A stretch of DNA of 64,000 nucleotides from Collinsella sp. (GTDB taxonomy: Bacteria; Actinomycetota; Coriobacteriia; Coriobacteriales; Coriobacteriaceae), in the NCBI GenBank assembly GCA_018382775.1, contig JAGZPG010000004.1, positions 75,594-139,593 of the forward strand. The letters are read 5' to 3'. Made by a program: the position numbers and the translations under genes. Below the pieces are notes generated by a model, which did no database searches, was not told where the DNA came from, and saw only the letters and a program-made list of their open reading frames with translations. Shown here piece by piece: positions 21,229 to 30,498 of this stretch (the stretch's first letter is position 1; each line of letters begins with the position of its first letter).

Positions 21229-22367
21229 GTATCGATATCGCGAAGCTGCTCAAACGATGCAACCGCCTGCGGATCGTGCGCATCCATGCAGGACTCAACG
21301 ATGCGATCGATATCGGTAAAGCTGCAGCCATCGTGCAGGAAGGCATCGACGGCGACCTCGTTGGCGGCATTGAGCACGCACGGCATGGTGCCACCCGTCT
21401 TGCCGGCACGTTCGGCCAGTGCCAGACAGCGGAAGGTATCCATGTCGGCAGCATCAAACGTGAGCTGCCCCAGCTCGCGGAAATCGATACGAGGCGCCGG
21501 GGTATCCCAACGCTCGGGATACGAGAACGCGAACTGGATGGGAATACGCATGTCGGAAACACCGAGATGCGCCATCACGGAGCCGTCGGCGAACTCGACC
21601 ATAGAGTGAATCTTGGACTGACGCTGCACGACCACGTTAATGAAATCGAGGTCGCAGTTAAACAGATGCATGGCCTCAATTCGCTCCAGGCCCTTGTTCA
21701 TGAGAGTGGCGGAGTCGATGGTGATCTTGGCACCCATGGCCCACGTGGGATGTGCGAGGGCATCGGCACGCGTCACGCGATTGAGCTCGTCGCGCGTGCG
21801 GCCAAAGAACGGACCGCCCGAGCAGGTGAGCCAAATACAATGAGCCTCGCGTGGGTTCTCCCCCAGATAGCACTGGTAGATGGCGGAGTGCTCAGAGTCG
21901 ACTGGAATAAGCTGGCCCGGTTGCGCCAACGGCATAAGCAAGTCGCCACCGACGACGAGGGACTCCTTGTTGGCAAGGGCAAGGCGCTTATTCGAGGTCA
22001 AGGCCGCATGGCTCGCCTCGAGACCGGCGGCGCCCACAATAGCAACGAGCACGCAGTCGACATCGTCGCGACGCGCGAGCTCGCAAACGGCCTGCGCGCC
22101 AACGCCGAGCTTCGTTCCCTCGGGCAACTCCTGCAGCACGGCGTCATCGCCATGAGCGACATCGGCCACGGCAACGGCCGGGACCGAAAACTCGCGGGCG
22201 GCGGCAACGAGCTCCGAGGTGCTGGAGTTAACGGACAGTGCCGTCACCTGCAGTCGATCGGCATGCTGACGGCATACATCGAGCGCCTGCGTGCCGATAG
22301 AGCCCGTACAGCCCAGAATGGCAACGCGAAGGCGTCCATCGGGGCCATACGTCGTCTGGAATGACAT
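21180..22367 (-). CDS. dxr: 1-deoxy-D-xylulose 5-phosphate reductoisomerase
   Basis: 395 aa with NADPH-binding GCTGSIG at the N-terminus and the conserved Dxr core. Confidence 0.9.
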   Translation of the reverse strand: MSFQTTYGPDGRLRVAILGCTGSIGTQALDVCRQHADRLQVTALSVNSSTSELVAAAREFSVPAVAVADVAHGDDAVLQELPEGTKLGVGAQAVCELARRDDVDCVLVAIVGAAGLEASHAALTSNKRLALANKESLVVGGDLLMPLAQPGQLIPVDSEHSAIYQCYLGENPREAHCIWLTCSGGPFFGRTRDELNRVTRADALAHPTWAMGAKITIDSATLMNKGLERIEAMHLFNCDLDFINVVVQRQSKIHSMVEFADGSVMAHLGVSDMRIPIQFAFSYPERWDTPAPRIDFRELGQLTFDAADMDTFRCLALAERAGKTGGTMPCVLNAANEVAVDAFLHDGCSFTDIDRIVESCMDAHDPQAVASFEQLRDIDTWARAKAAEVLAATRS

Positions 22368-23257
22368 TACAGCACGCCTCCGATCATCAAAAGCAGCTGC
22401 GCGGTAATGCAGCCAAAGATAAGCGAGTCGCTACGGTCGAGCATGCCGCCATGGCCCGGAATCAGATTGCCGGAATCCTTGACGCCCACGCCACGCTTGA
22501 TGCGTGACTCGATAAGGTCGCCGATAACGCCCAAGATGGACACGACCACGCCGCACAGCAGCGCATACGGCAAGCTCAGCTTATAGAAATGGGTCGCCCA
22601 CAAAATAAGCCAGATGAGAACCGAGCCCAAGATGCCGCCGAAAAAGCCCTCCCAGCTCTTTTTGGGAGAAATCTTGGGAACCATCTTGTGCTTGCCGATA
22701 CGGCTACCCACGATATAGGCGAACGAATCGGAGACCCAGAGAGACGCGCAAACACCCACCGAAAGCAGGGCGCCGGCAAAACCGGGCACGGCATCGCGCA
22801 GCAGCACGATGGCCGACAGCATAAAACCGGTGTAGATGGGGCCCATGAGCGTCACGGCTACATCGGATATACGGGTACGCGACGACCAGACGTACCAAAT
22901 ACCCACCGCAAGCATCAGTGCAAAAAGCAGGGCATTCAACAGCAGCGAGTCGCCCAGCGCCGAGAGCGGAAAGAGCACGGCGGCAGCGATACCCAGGCGC
23001 TCGTTGGCCACCTTGCCATCGAGCTTCGTCATGCGGAAAAACTCAAAGCAGCACAGGCCGCTCATGATGGAGACGAAGATGGCGGTGGGAACGATACCCA
23101 AAACCAGGCAGAGAATAAATACAACGGCGTAGACGATACCTGCAGCGGCACGGGTAATAAAGCCGGCCAGCCACGAAGTCGCAGCCGCGCCGCTTTTGGC
23201 GGCAGGCGCCTTGGGAGTTGACGCCTTGGAAGCAGACGCCTTGGGACGATCGGACAC
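22367..23257 (-). CDS. cdsA: phosphatidate cytidylyltransferase
   Basis: Polytopic membrane protein with the C-terminal CTP-transferase signature KRxxGVKDSGNLIPGHGGMLDRSDS. Confidence 0.8.
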   Translation of the reverse strand: MSDRPKASASKASTPKAPAAKSGAAATSWLAGFITRAAAGIVYAVVFILCLVLGIVPTAIFVSIMSGLCCFEFFRMTKLDGKVANERLGIAAAVLFPLSALGDSLLLNALLFALMLAVGIWYVWSSRTRISDVAVTLMGPIYTGFMLSAIVLLRDAVPGFAGALLSVGVCASLWVSDSFAYIVGSRIGKHKMVPKISPKKSWEGFFGGILGSVLIWLILWATHFYKLSLPYALLCGVVVSILGVIGDLIESRIKRGVGVKDSGNLIPGHGGMLDRSDSLIFGCITAQLLLMIGGVL

Positions 23258-23259
23258 GA

Positions 23260-24054
23260 TTAAGCCTCCTCGGTCTTGCTCAGTCCACCAAACCTACGGT
23301 CGCGGCCCTGAAAGGCCAAAATGGCGTTGACAAGACCCCAACGATCAAAGTCGGGCCAATAGGTATCGGTGACATAAAACTCGGAATAGGCAACCTGCCA
23401 CAGCAGATAGTTCGAAAGGCGAAGCTCGCCGGAGGTGCGAATCACAAGCTCCGGATCGGGTAGCCCAGCGGTGTAGAGGTGCGAAGCAACCATATCATCG
23501 TCGATAGAGGCAGGATCGATCTTGCCGGCGGCGACATCGAGCGCAATCTGACGGACAGCACGGGTGATCTCGGCGCGGGCGCCGTAATTGACGGCAAGCG
23601 CCAGCGTCATGCCGGTGTGGTCGGCGCACTCGGCAAGACCGCGCTCAAAGACATCGCGGGTCTTCTTGGGCAGTGCGGAAATATCGCCCAAAAAGACAAC
23701 GCGAACGTTTTCACGCTTAAGCAGCGGCAGCTCATCAATAAACGTCTTGGCAAACAAATGCATCAAAACGTTGACCTCGTGCTGCGGACGATTCCAGTTT
23801 TCGGTGGAAAACGCATAGGCCGAAAGGACGTCGACTCCCAAGCGCACACATGCGGTAATAATCTCGCGCAGGGAGACGATACCGACCTTGTGGCCCTCGG
23901 TGCGGGCAAGACCGCGCGCCGTGGCCCAGCGACCGTTACCGTCCATGATGCACGAAATATGATGCGGAATCTTATTGAGGTCAAGGTCGGAAAAACCGAC
24001 GCCCGCAGGGGCGTCGGCAAAGTACTCGACCAGTTTGTTCTCGTCGTATTGCAC
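23260..24054 (-). CDS. uppS: isoprenyl transferase / undecaprenyl diphosphate synthase
   Basis: 264 aa with the cis-prenyltransferase motifs DGNGRWA and ENWNRP. Confidence 0.9.
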   Translation of the reverse strand: MQYDENKLVEYFADAPAGVGFSDLDLNKIPHHISCIMDGNGRWATARGLARTEGHKVGIVSLREIITACVRLGVDVLSAYAFSTENWNRPQHEVNVLMHLFAKTFIDELPLLKRENVRVVFLGDISALPKKTRDVFERGLAECADHTGMTLALAVNYGARAEITRAVRQIALDVAAGKIDPASIDDDMVASHLYTAGLPDPELVIRTSGELRLSNYLLWQVAYSEFYVTDTYWPDFDRWGLVNAILAFQGRDRRFGGLSKTEEA

Positions 24055-24055
24055 C

Positions 24056-24592
24056 TTAGATCTCCATGACCTCGGCTTCTTTTTCCTTCAGAAGCTCCTC
24101 GACCTTGGCAACATACTCATCGGTATGCTTCTGGACCTTAGCCTGCTCGCGACGGACATCGTCCTCGGTGAGCTCTTCGTCGCGCTCGAGCTTGTTGTTA
24201 AAGTCACGACGGATGTTGCGAATGGAGACCTTGGCCTGCTCGGCATACTCGCGGCACTCCTTGACGAGCTCGCGACGACGCTCCTCAGTGGGAGCCGGGA
24301 ACGGCAGCCGCACGACGGTACCGTCAGAGTTGGGAGTAATGCCCAGATCGGAAGCGCTGATAGCCTTCACGATGGCGTTGACGAGCGCCTTGTCCCAGGG
24401 CTCGATGAGCAGCATGTGAGCCTCGGGGGTCTTAACGGCGGCAACCTGGGTAACCGGCGTGGGGACACCGTAGTAATCGACCGAGATATCGGACAGAATG
24501 TTGGCGTTAGCGCGGCCGGTACGAACCTTGGAGAAGTTGTGCTTGAGGGACTCGAGCGACTTGTCCATGTGGGCGGTGATGTTCTCTGCCAT
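24056..24592 (-). CDS. frr: ribosome recycling factor
   Basis: 178 aa, collinear with the Frr family. Confidence 0.9.
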   Translation of the reverse strand: MAENITAHMDKSLESLKHNFSKVRTGRANANILSDISVDYYGVPTPVTQVAAVKTPEAHMLLIEPWDKALVNAIVKAISASDLGITPNSDGTVVRLPFPAPTEERRRELVKECREYAEQAKVSIRNIRRDFNNKLERDEELTEDDVRREQAKVQKHTDEYVAKVEELLKEKEAEVMEI

Positions 24593-24594
24593 GC

Positions 24595-25317
24595 TTAATC
24601 CTCCTGATAGACGAGCGTGCCGACGGGCTCACCCGAAAGCGCGCGCTTGACGGTGTCCTCACCATCGATGTTGAGGACCAAAATCGGCATACGGTTATCC
24701 TGGCACAATGCGGTAGCCGTGGAATCCATGACCTGCAGACCACGGACGAGAACCTCGTGATAGGTAATCTTGTCAAAGCGGACGGCATCGGCGCACTTGA
24801 CGGGATCCTTGTCGTAGATACCGTCAACCTTGGTGGCTTTAATCAGGATCTCGGCACCGATCTCACAGGCACGAAGAGCCGCGGCGGTGTCGGTCGTAAA
24901 GTACGGATTGCCCGAACCGGCGGCAAAAATGACAACATTGCCCTTGGAAAGGTGGTTGATGGCGCGACGGCGAATATAAGGCTCGCAGATCTCGTTCATC
25001 TGGATAGCGCTCATCACGCGGCAGGGAACATCGTTGTGTTCGAAGGCATCCTGAAGGGCGAGCGCATTCATAACGGTTGCCAGCATGCCCATGTAGTCGG
25101 CCTGGGCGCGCTCCATGCCACCGGCAGCGCCGGCCATGCCGCGGAAAATGTTGCCGCCGCCGACAACAACGCCGACCTCGTGACCAACAGCGAGCAGCTC
25201 CTTGACCTGCTTGGCAAGATGGTCGGTAACCTTGGGATCGATGCCATATTGGCCATCGCCCATCAGTGCTTCTCCGGAAAGCTTCAGAAGCACGCGTTTA
25301 TATCGGATGTCGGACAA
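24595..25317 (-). CDS. pyrH: UMP kinase
   Basis: 240 aa in the amino-acid kinase family with the PyrH motifs ([16 protein letters not shown]). Confidence 0.9.
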   Translation of the reverse strand: MSDIRYKRVLLKLSGEALMGDGQYGIDPKVTDHLAKQVKELLAVGHEVGVVVGGGNIFRGMAGAAGGMERAQADYMGMLATVMNALALQDAFEHNDVPCRVMSAIQMNEICEPYIRRRAINHLSKGNVVIFAAGSGNPYFTTDTAAALRACEIGAEILIKATKVDGIYDKDPVKCADAVRFDKITYHEVLVRGLQVMDSTATALCQDNRMPILVLNIDGEDTVKRALSGEPVGTLVYQED

Positions 25318-25375
25318 AGCGATCCTCCTTTAATTAGACTCTCAATATGATAGCAAAGGCTCTGATAAGAGCCAT

Positions 25376-25411
25376 GAAAAAGCAGGCTGTGAGTAAAACC
25401 CACAGCCTGCT
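25376..25411 (-). terminator. terminator downstream of tsf (minus strand)
   Basis: An 11-bp stem AGCAGGCTGTG / CACAGCCTGCT with a 9-nt loop. On the minus strand it is followed by UUUUC. Confidence 0.5.
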
Positions 25412-25434
25412 CATTACCAGCTACAAGAGCTTAT

Positions 25435-26319
25435 TTACTCGCCACGGACCAGACGGTCGAAGGCAACGACGGTAATGGTATCGCCGAGCTCCTTGGAGAC
25501 CTGCTCAGCGTACTTCTTGATGGTGAGGGAGCTGTCCTTAATGAACTCCTGCTCGGTGAGCACGGACTGCTTGTAGAACTTCTCCAGACGGCCGACGGCC
25601 ATCTTCTCCTGGATGGCCTCGGGCTTGCCGGACTCGGCGGCCTGAGCCATGTAGATCTGCTTCTCGTGCTCGACGGTCTCAGCCGGAACCTGATCGCGGG
25701 TAGCGCAGATCGGGGCGACGGCGGCAACCTGAAGGGCAACGTCGTGAGCGAAGGTCTTGAAGGAGTCAGCCTGAGCGGTCTCGGCCTTCTCGAAAGCGAA
25801 CTCGACGAGGACGCCGATCTTACCACCCATGTGGATGTAAGAAGCGAGGGCGCCGTTCTCGGCCTTGCGAGCGGCGAAACGAGAGATCCTCATGTTCTCG
25901 CCCATGATGTGAATCATCTCGGTGAGCTCAGAGGAAACGGTCTCCTCGCCCATCGGCTTCTCGAGCAGAGCGTCGACGTCAGCAGGCTCGGTGGTCGCGA
26001 CAACCTCAGCGACCTTGGAAGCAAAGCCGGTGAACTTGGCGTTGGAGCCGACGAAGTCGGTCTCGCAGGAGAGCTCGAGAAGAGCGCCGGTCTTGCCATC
26101 CTCGGAGACGAACGCGGCGACAGCGCCCTCGTTGGTCTCACGGCCAGCCTTCTTGGCAGCCTTGGCGAGGCCGTTCTTGCGCAGAACGTCAACAGCGGCG
26201 TCCATGTCGCCGTCAGCCTCGACGAGAGCCTTCTTGCACTCCATCATCGGGGAGTCGGTCATCTCGCGGAGCTGCTTGACCATAGCGGCAGTAATCTGGG
26301 CCATTGTGGTTCCTTTCAA
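25435..26319 (-). CDS. tsf: elongation factor Ts
   Basis: 294 aa with an N-terminal UBA-like domain (ITAAMVKQLREMTDSPMMECKKAL). Confidence 0.9.
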   Translation of the reverse strand: MKGTTMAQITAAMVKQLREMTDSPMMECKKALVEADGDMDAAVDVLRKNGLAKAAKKAGRETNEGAVAAFVSEDGKTGALLELSCETDFVGSNAKFTGFASKVAEVVATTEPADVDALLEKPMGEETVSSELTEMIHIMGENMRISRFAARKAENGALASYIHMGGKIGVLVEFAFEKAETAQADSFKTFAHDVALQVAAVAPICATRDQVPAETVEHEKQIYMAQAAESGKPEAIQEKMAVGRLEKFYKQSVLTEQEFIKDSSLTIKKYAEQVSKELGDTITVVAFDRLVRGE

Positions 26320-26349
26320 AGAGATGAAAAAGACTTAAATAGGACTGAT

Positions 26350-27078
26350 TTACTCGGCCTTGGGCTCAGCGGCCATCTCGGCCTCGGAGACCTGCTCCTT
26401 GCCGGAGCCAGCGAGGCAGGCGTCGGCCATGAGCTCGCACATAAGGGTGACAGCGGAGATGGCGTCATCGTTGCAGGGGATGCCGTACTCGACCTCGTCG
26501 GGATCGGAGTTGGTGTCGATCAGAGCGACGACGGGGATGTTCAGGCGCTGGGCCTCCTTGATGGCGTTCTCCTCGCGCTTGGTGTCGATGACGAAGAGAG
26601 CCTGGGGCAGACCCTTCATGTCGCGGGCGCCACCGAGGTTGGTCTGGAGCTTAGCGAGCTCCTTGCCGAGCACAGCCTGCTCCTTCTTGGGCAGCACTGC
26701 CATGCGGCCGTCCTCGACCATGGCCTCGAGCTCCTCCATGCGGTTGATGCGGGAGCGGATGGTGACGAAGTTGGTCAGCATACCGCCGAGCCAACGCTGG
26801 TTGATGTAAGGCATGTTGGCGCGCTCAGCGGCGTTCTTGACGGCCTCCTGAGCCTGCTTCTTGGTGCCGACGAACAGCACGTTGCCGCCCTTGGCGACGT
26901 TCTTAACGAAGGTGTAGGCCTGGTCGGCGTCAAGGATGGTCTGCTTGAGGTCGAGGATGTAGATACCGTTGCGCTCACCGAAGATGAACGGCTTCATCTT
27001 GGGGTTCCAGCGACGGGTCTGGTGACCGAAGTGGCAGCCGGCCTCGAGCAGGGTGCGGATATTAATCTTGGTAGCCAT
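26350..27078 (-). CDS. rpsB: 30S ribosomal protein S2
   Basis: 242 aa in the S2 family ([15 protein letters not shown]). It has an upstream leader of about 215 nt. Confidence 0.9.
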   Translation of the reverse strand: MATKINIRTLLEAGCHFGHQTRRWNPKMKPFIFGERNGIYILDLKQTILDADQAYTFVKNVAKGGNVLFVGTKKQAQEAVKNAAERANMPYINQRWLGGMLTNFVTIRSRINRMEELEAMVEDGRMAVLPKKEQAVLGKELAKLQTNLGGARDMKGLPQALFVIDTKREENAIKEAQRLNIPVVALIDTNSDPDEVEYGIPCNDDAISAVTLMCELMADACLAGSGKEQVSEAEMAAEPKAE

Positions 27079-27296
27079 GTTAAACCTCCTGTGGTTTGCC
27101 TCCGCGCGGGGTCATCCTCCAAAACCAACCCGGACATGTGCTACCAAAGCCCGGGCACCACGGTATGAAGTAGCCGCGCGTGCGTGATAAAAACCTGTTG
27201 CCGTGAAGCAACCCGATGAATGATAGCAGGATTGCCTCTTCCTGCCAACCCGCAATCAAAACCACACACCTCGGTGCGGCGAGAAAGGCCCTTCTC

Positions 27297-28217
27297 CTAC
27301 TCGCCGCGGGGGTGGGCCTGACTCACGGCGCGCTTGAGTCGGTCTGGCGTGAGATGCGTATAGATCTGCGTCGTGGACAAACTCGCGTGCCCTAGCAGCT
27401 CCTGAACCGAGCGCAGATCCGCGCCGCCCTCGAGCAGGTCGGTCGCAAAGGTGTGACGCATCGCATGCGGGGCGATGTCGGCAGGAATGCCGGCAAGTGC
27501 CGCAAGCATATGGAACCGCCTCCTGAGCATGGCGGCACTCATGCGGTTTCCGCGCGCCGAGATAAACAACGGATGAACGCCGTTCGCACCGTCGCTACGC
27601 TTTGCCCGTGCAAGGAACTGCGGCCTCCCTTCCTCAATATAGCGGCGGGTAGCCTCGAGAGCGCGCCGATACAGGGGCACGATACGCTCCTTGCTCCCCT
27701 TGCCCCAAAGTCGCAGCGTTCGCTCAGACCAACCAATGGACTCCACGTTGAGCGCCGCGAGCTCCGAGATTCGCGCACCGGAGGCATAGAGCAGCTCGAG
27801 CATCGCCGCATCACGCAGCCCCGCAGGCGTCGAGGTGTCGGGGGTCTTGAGCAACGACTCGACTTGCCGGGTCGTCAGCACACCGGGAAGATCGCGCGGC
27901 AGTTTGGGCGACGATATCGCTGAGACCGCATCGCCCTCAACGATTCCCTCGGCAGCCATCCACCGATAGAGCGAGCGAATGGCAGACAGGTGTGCCGCAA
28001 GGGTCCGAGCCGCCACCTGGCCACGCGACAGCTCGGCCAAATAGGAGCGAACGGTCCGTACGTCGGCAGCGCGAGCGTCGATGCTCTCGCGGTCGCACCA
28101 CGCGGCGAAGCGCTCGAGCCGCGAGGCATAGGCGGTTACCGTATTGGGAGCGAGCCCTTCGACGCGTGCAATGTAGGCAATGAACGCGTCAACGGCATCG
28201 TACAGGTCAAAAGCTAT
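27297..28217 (-). CDS. xerC: tyrosine recombinase XerC/XerD family (full length, including N-terminal core-binding domain; non-canonical start)
   Basis: The catalytic domain carries R..HxxR..Y (HAMRHTFATDLL ... LGHASLSTTQIYTHL). The ATG/GTG/TTG-limited ORF (27297..28040) begins at a TTG inside the protein. The in-frame upstream 59 codons encode the Xer N-terminal core-binding helices (FDLYDAVDAFIAYIARVEGLAPNTVTAYASRLERFAAW) with no canonical start. The best candidate start is ATA at 28217..28215, which has GGAGG 9 nt upstream and overlaps the trmFO TAG; the alternative is CTG at 28205. Confidence 0.7.
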   Translation of the reverse strand: MAFDLYDAVDAFIAYIARVEGLAPNTVTAYASRLERFAAWCDRESIDARAADVRTVRSYLAELSRGQVAARTLAAHLSAIRSLYRWMAAEGIVEGDAVSAISSPKLPRDLPGVLTTRQVESLLKTPDTSTPAGLRDAAMLELLYASGARISELAALNVESIGWSERTLRLWGKGSKERIVPLYRRALEATRRYIEEGRPQFLARAKRSDGANGVHPLFISARGNRMSAAMLRRRFHMLAALAGIPADIAPHAMRHTFATDLLEGGADLRSVQELLGHASLSTTQIYTHLTPDRLKRAVSQAHPRGE

Positions 28218-29557
28218 GACCTCTCGCCTCCAAACAGATCGGAGCGCGTTTCCAGATAGGCATCAAGAGCCTTGAGGGCGCGATCAGCATAGGCCTGGTA
28301 ACGATCGCGCTTGCTGCGACGCTTACCGTCCTCAAGCGGCGGCACGAGCCCAAAGTTGACGTGCATGGGCTGGTAGCCCACCGTAGCCGGATCGGTCGCA
28401 TACCCCACAAGCGCGCCCAGGGCGCCCTCGCGCGGTAGCTCGACGCCCGCGGCACCGATAGCCTCGGCATAGGTGTTGAGCGCGGCGAGTAGACCCGTCG
28501 CAACGGCCTCCATGTACCCCTCAGTACCGGTAATCTGGCCGGCAAGACGCACGCTCGTGCCGGGCACGGCAAAGGTGCCATCGAGCACGTGCGGCGCATC
28601 AACAAAGGTGTTACGGTGCATGACGCCGTAACGGAAGAACTCGGCGTTCTCCAGTCCGGGAACCATATGGAAGACGCGCCTCTGTTCGCCGAAGGTCAGG
28701 TTGGTCTGGAAGCCAACTAGGTTATAGGCGGTCTTCTCCTTGTTCTCGGCGCGCAGCTGAATTGCCGCCCAGGGACGGCGACCGGTGCGCGGGTCGGTGA
28801 GCCCGACGGGCTTCATGGCACCAAAACGGATGGCATCCTTGCCCGTACGCGCAACCTCCTCGGCAGGCTGGCAGGCCTGGAATAGGTCCCCGCCCTCAAA
28901 ATCCTTGAGCACCACGCGATCGGCCGTAGTGAGCGCCTCGATAAAGGCCTCGTACTCTTCCTTGTTGAGCGGGGCATTGAGATAGTCGCCACTCCCCTGT
29001 TCCTCGTAGCGCGACTGCGAGAACAACACGCCCATATCGAGCGTCGAGGCATCGACAATCGGGGCGGCCGCGTCAAAGAACGCCAGGGCGTCACCACCGA
29101 CGAGCTTCATGACCTCCTCGCTCAATGCCGGCGAGCACAAGGGCCCTGCGGCAATGACCACGTGGCCCTCGGGGATCTGGGTGACCTCACCGTGGACAAC
29201 CTCGATATTGGGGCGGGCGGCAACCTCGGCTTCGACAAGCTCGGAAAACTTGACGCGGTCGACCGCCAGGGCGCCGCCGGCAGGAACGGCCGCACGATGA
29301 GCGCAGTCGAGCAGCACAGAGCCCATGCGCTCGAGCTCGGCCTTCAGCAGACCGGCGGCAGAATCGGGACGGGTCGACTTAAACGAATTGGAGCAGACGA
29401 GCTCCGCCAAGTGATCGGTATGGTGGGCAGGAGAGCTCACCTGCGGGCGCATCTCGCACAGCTTTACGGCAAACCCGCGATCTGCCAGCTGAATCGCGCA
29501 TTCCGATCCCGCCAGACCGCCACCGATAACCGTCACCTGATCAAACAGCATCTGCAA
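28214..29557 (-). CDS. trmFO: methylenetetrahydrofolate--tRNA-(uracil54-C5)-methyltransferase TrmFO (Gid)
   Basis: 447 aa with an FAD-binding VIGGGLAGSE N-terminus. It sits in the gid-xerC pairing typical of Firmicutes. Confidence 0.9.
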   Translation of the reverse strand: MQMLFDQVTVIGGGLAGSECAIQLADRGFAVKLCEMRPQVSSPAHHTDHLAELVCSNSFKSTRPDSAAGLLKAELERMGSVLLDCAHRAAVPAGGALAVDRVKFSELVEAEVAARPNIEVVHGEVTQIPEGHVVIAAGPLCSPALSEEVMKLVGGDALAFFDAAAPIVDASTLDMGVLFSQSRYEEQGSGDYLNAPLNKEEYEAFIEALTTADRVVLKDFEGGDLFQACQPAEEVARTGKDAIRFGAMKPVGLTDPRTGRRPWAAIQLRAENKEKTAYNLVGFQTNLTFGEQRRVFHMVPGLENAEFFRYGVMHRNTFVDAPHVLDGTFAVPGTSVRLAGQITGTEGYMEAVATGLLAALNTYAEAIGAAGVELPREGALGALVGYATDPATVGYQPMHVNFGLVPPLEDGKRRSKRDRYQAYADRALKALDAYLETRSDLFGGERS

Positions 29558-29565
29558 ACACCTTT

Positions 29566-30498
29566 CTAATTGACACGTTTTCCATTGTGACCGAAGGGCG
29601 TCTGGGCGTGAAGGGCAAACTTGGAGGGCGCATACCTTCCATCCATCATGCGCTCGATGAGGCCCTCGAGTTCGAGCGAACCCAGAAGTTTGAGCACGCC
29701 GACGGCATCGAGCGAGACGAGTGCCGCGATGTCGTCGACCTTGAGCGGCGAGGCGATGAGCGCATGCATCACGGCCTGCTGCGTGGGGTCCAGATCTGCG
29801 ATACCGGGTGCATCAGGACGCGAATAGCGCAGGGTACCGTATATGCGAGAGATAGCCACCTCGATGGACTCCTCGTCAATAATGCAGCAGGCCCCGTTGG
29901 CAATGAGGTAGTTGGTACCGCGCGACTCGGGTGACAAAATCGAACCCGGCACGGCAAGAAGCTCGCGCCCCAGGTCCATGGCGGCCTCCGCCGTCGAGAA
30001 CGTGCCCGAAGGCATGCCAGCCTCCGACACGAAGAGCGCCTGCGAAAGCGCGGCAATCACCCGGTTACGCCGCGGGAAGGCAAACTTACGTGGCCCCATA
30101 CCCCAAGGCGAGATGGACACGACCGCGCCGCCCGTATCGATCGTGCGCGCGATGAGCCCCGCACTCGAGCGCGGGTAGACCACGTCGGCGCCCGTACCCA
30201 ACACCACGACGTGCCTGCCACCGGCGTTGACCGCGGCCCAACCCGAGGCCTGGTCGCAGCCGACCGCGCCGCCCGAGACCACCGTCACCCCCGCCTCGAC
30301 CGCAACTTTCGCGGCCAGTTCTGCCACGGCCAGGCCGTACGGCGAGGCCTTGCGAGCGCCGATGATGGAGAGCGCCGGCGTCGAAAGCACCTCCGGGTCG
30401 CCACGCACGAACAGCGTCTGGGGTACATCAGAGAGCTCCAAAACGGTATCTGGATACAACGCATCACCGGGATGCAGCTCAAAAGTCTCCTCACCCAT
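29566..30498 (-). CDS. dprA: DNA processing protein DprA (Smf)
   Basis: Rossmann-like DprA core (SGGAVGCDQASGWAAVNAGGRHVVVLGTGADVVYP...RNRVIAALS) with a C-terminal winged-helix-like extension. The real start is the internal ATG (GGAGGGA RBS), whose ATGA overlaps the comM stop. The track ORF is over-extended to 30657. Confidence 0.85.
   Translation of the reverse strand: MGEETFELHPGDALYPDTVLELSDVPQTLFVRGDPEVLSTPALSIIGARKASPYGLAVAELAAKVAVEAGVTVVSGGAVGCDQASGWAAVNAGGRHVVVLGTGADVVYPRSSAGLIARTIDTGGAVVSISPWGMGPRKFAFPRRNRVIAALSQALFVSEAGMPSGTFSTAEAAMDLGRELLAVPGSILSPESRGTNYLIANGACCIIDEESIEVAISRIYGTLRYSRPDAPGIADLDPTQQAVMHALIASPLKVDDIAALVSLDAVGVLKLLGSLELEGLIERMMDGRYAPSKFALHAQTPFGHNGKRVN

Noticed and set aside
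27297-28040. Possibility that xerC marks a phage or integrative element.
   Set aside because: It is in the conserved chromosomal trmFO(gid)-xerC position next to rpsB. There are no phage structural genes, att-like direct repeats or tRNA nearby. It is a housekeeping Xer dimer-resolution recombinase.
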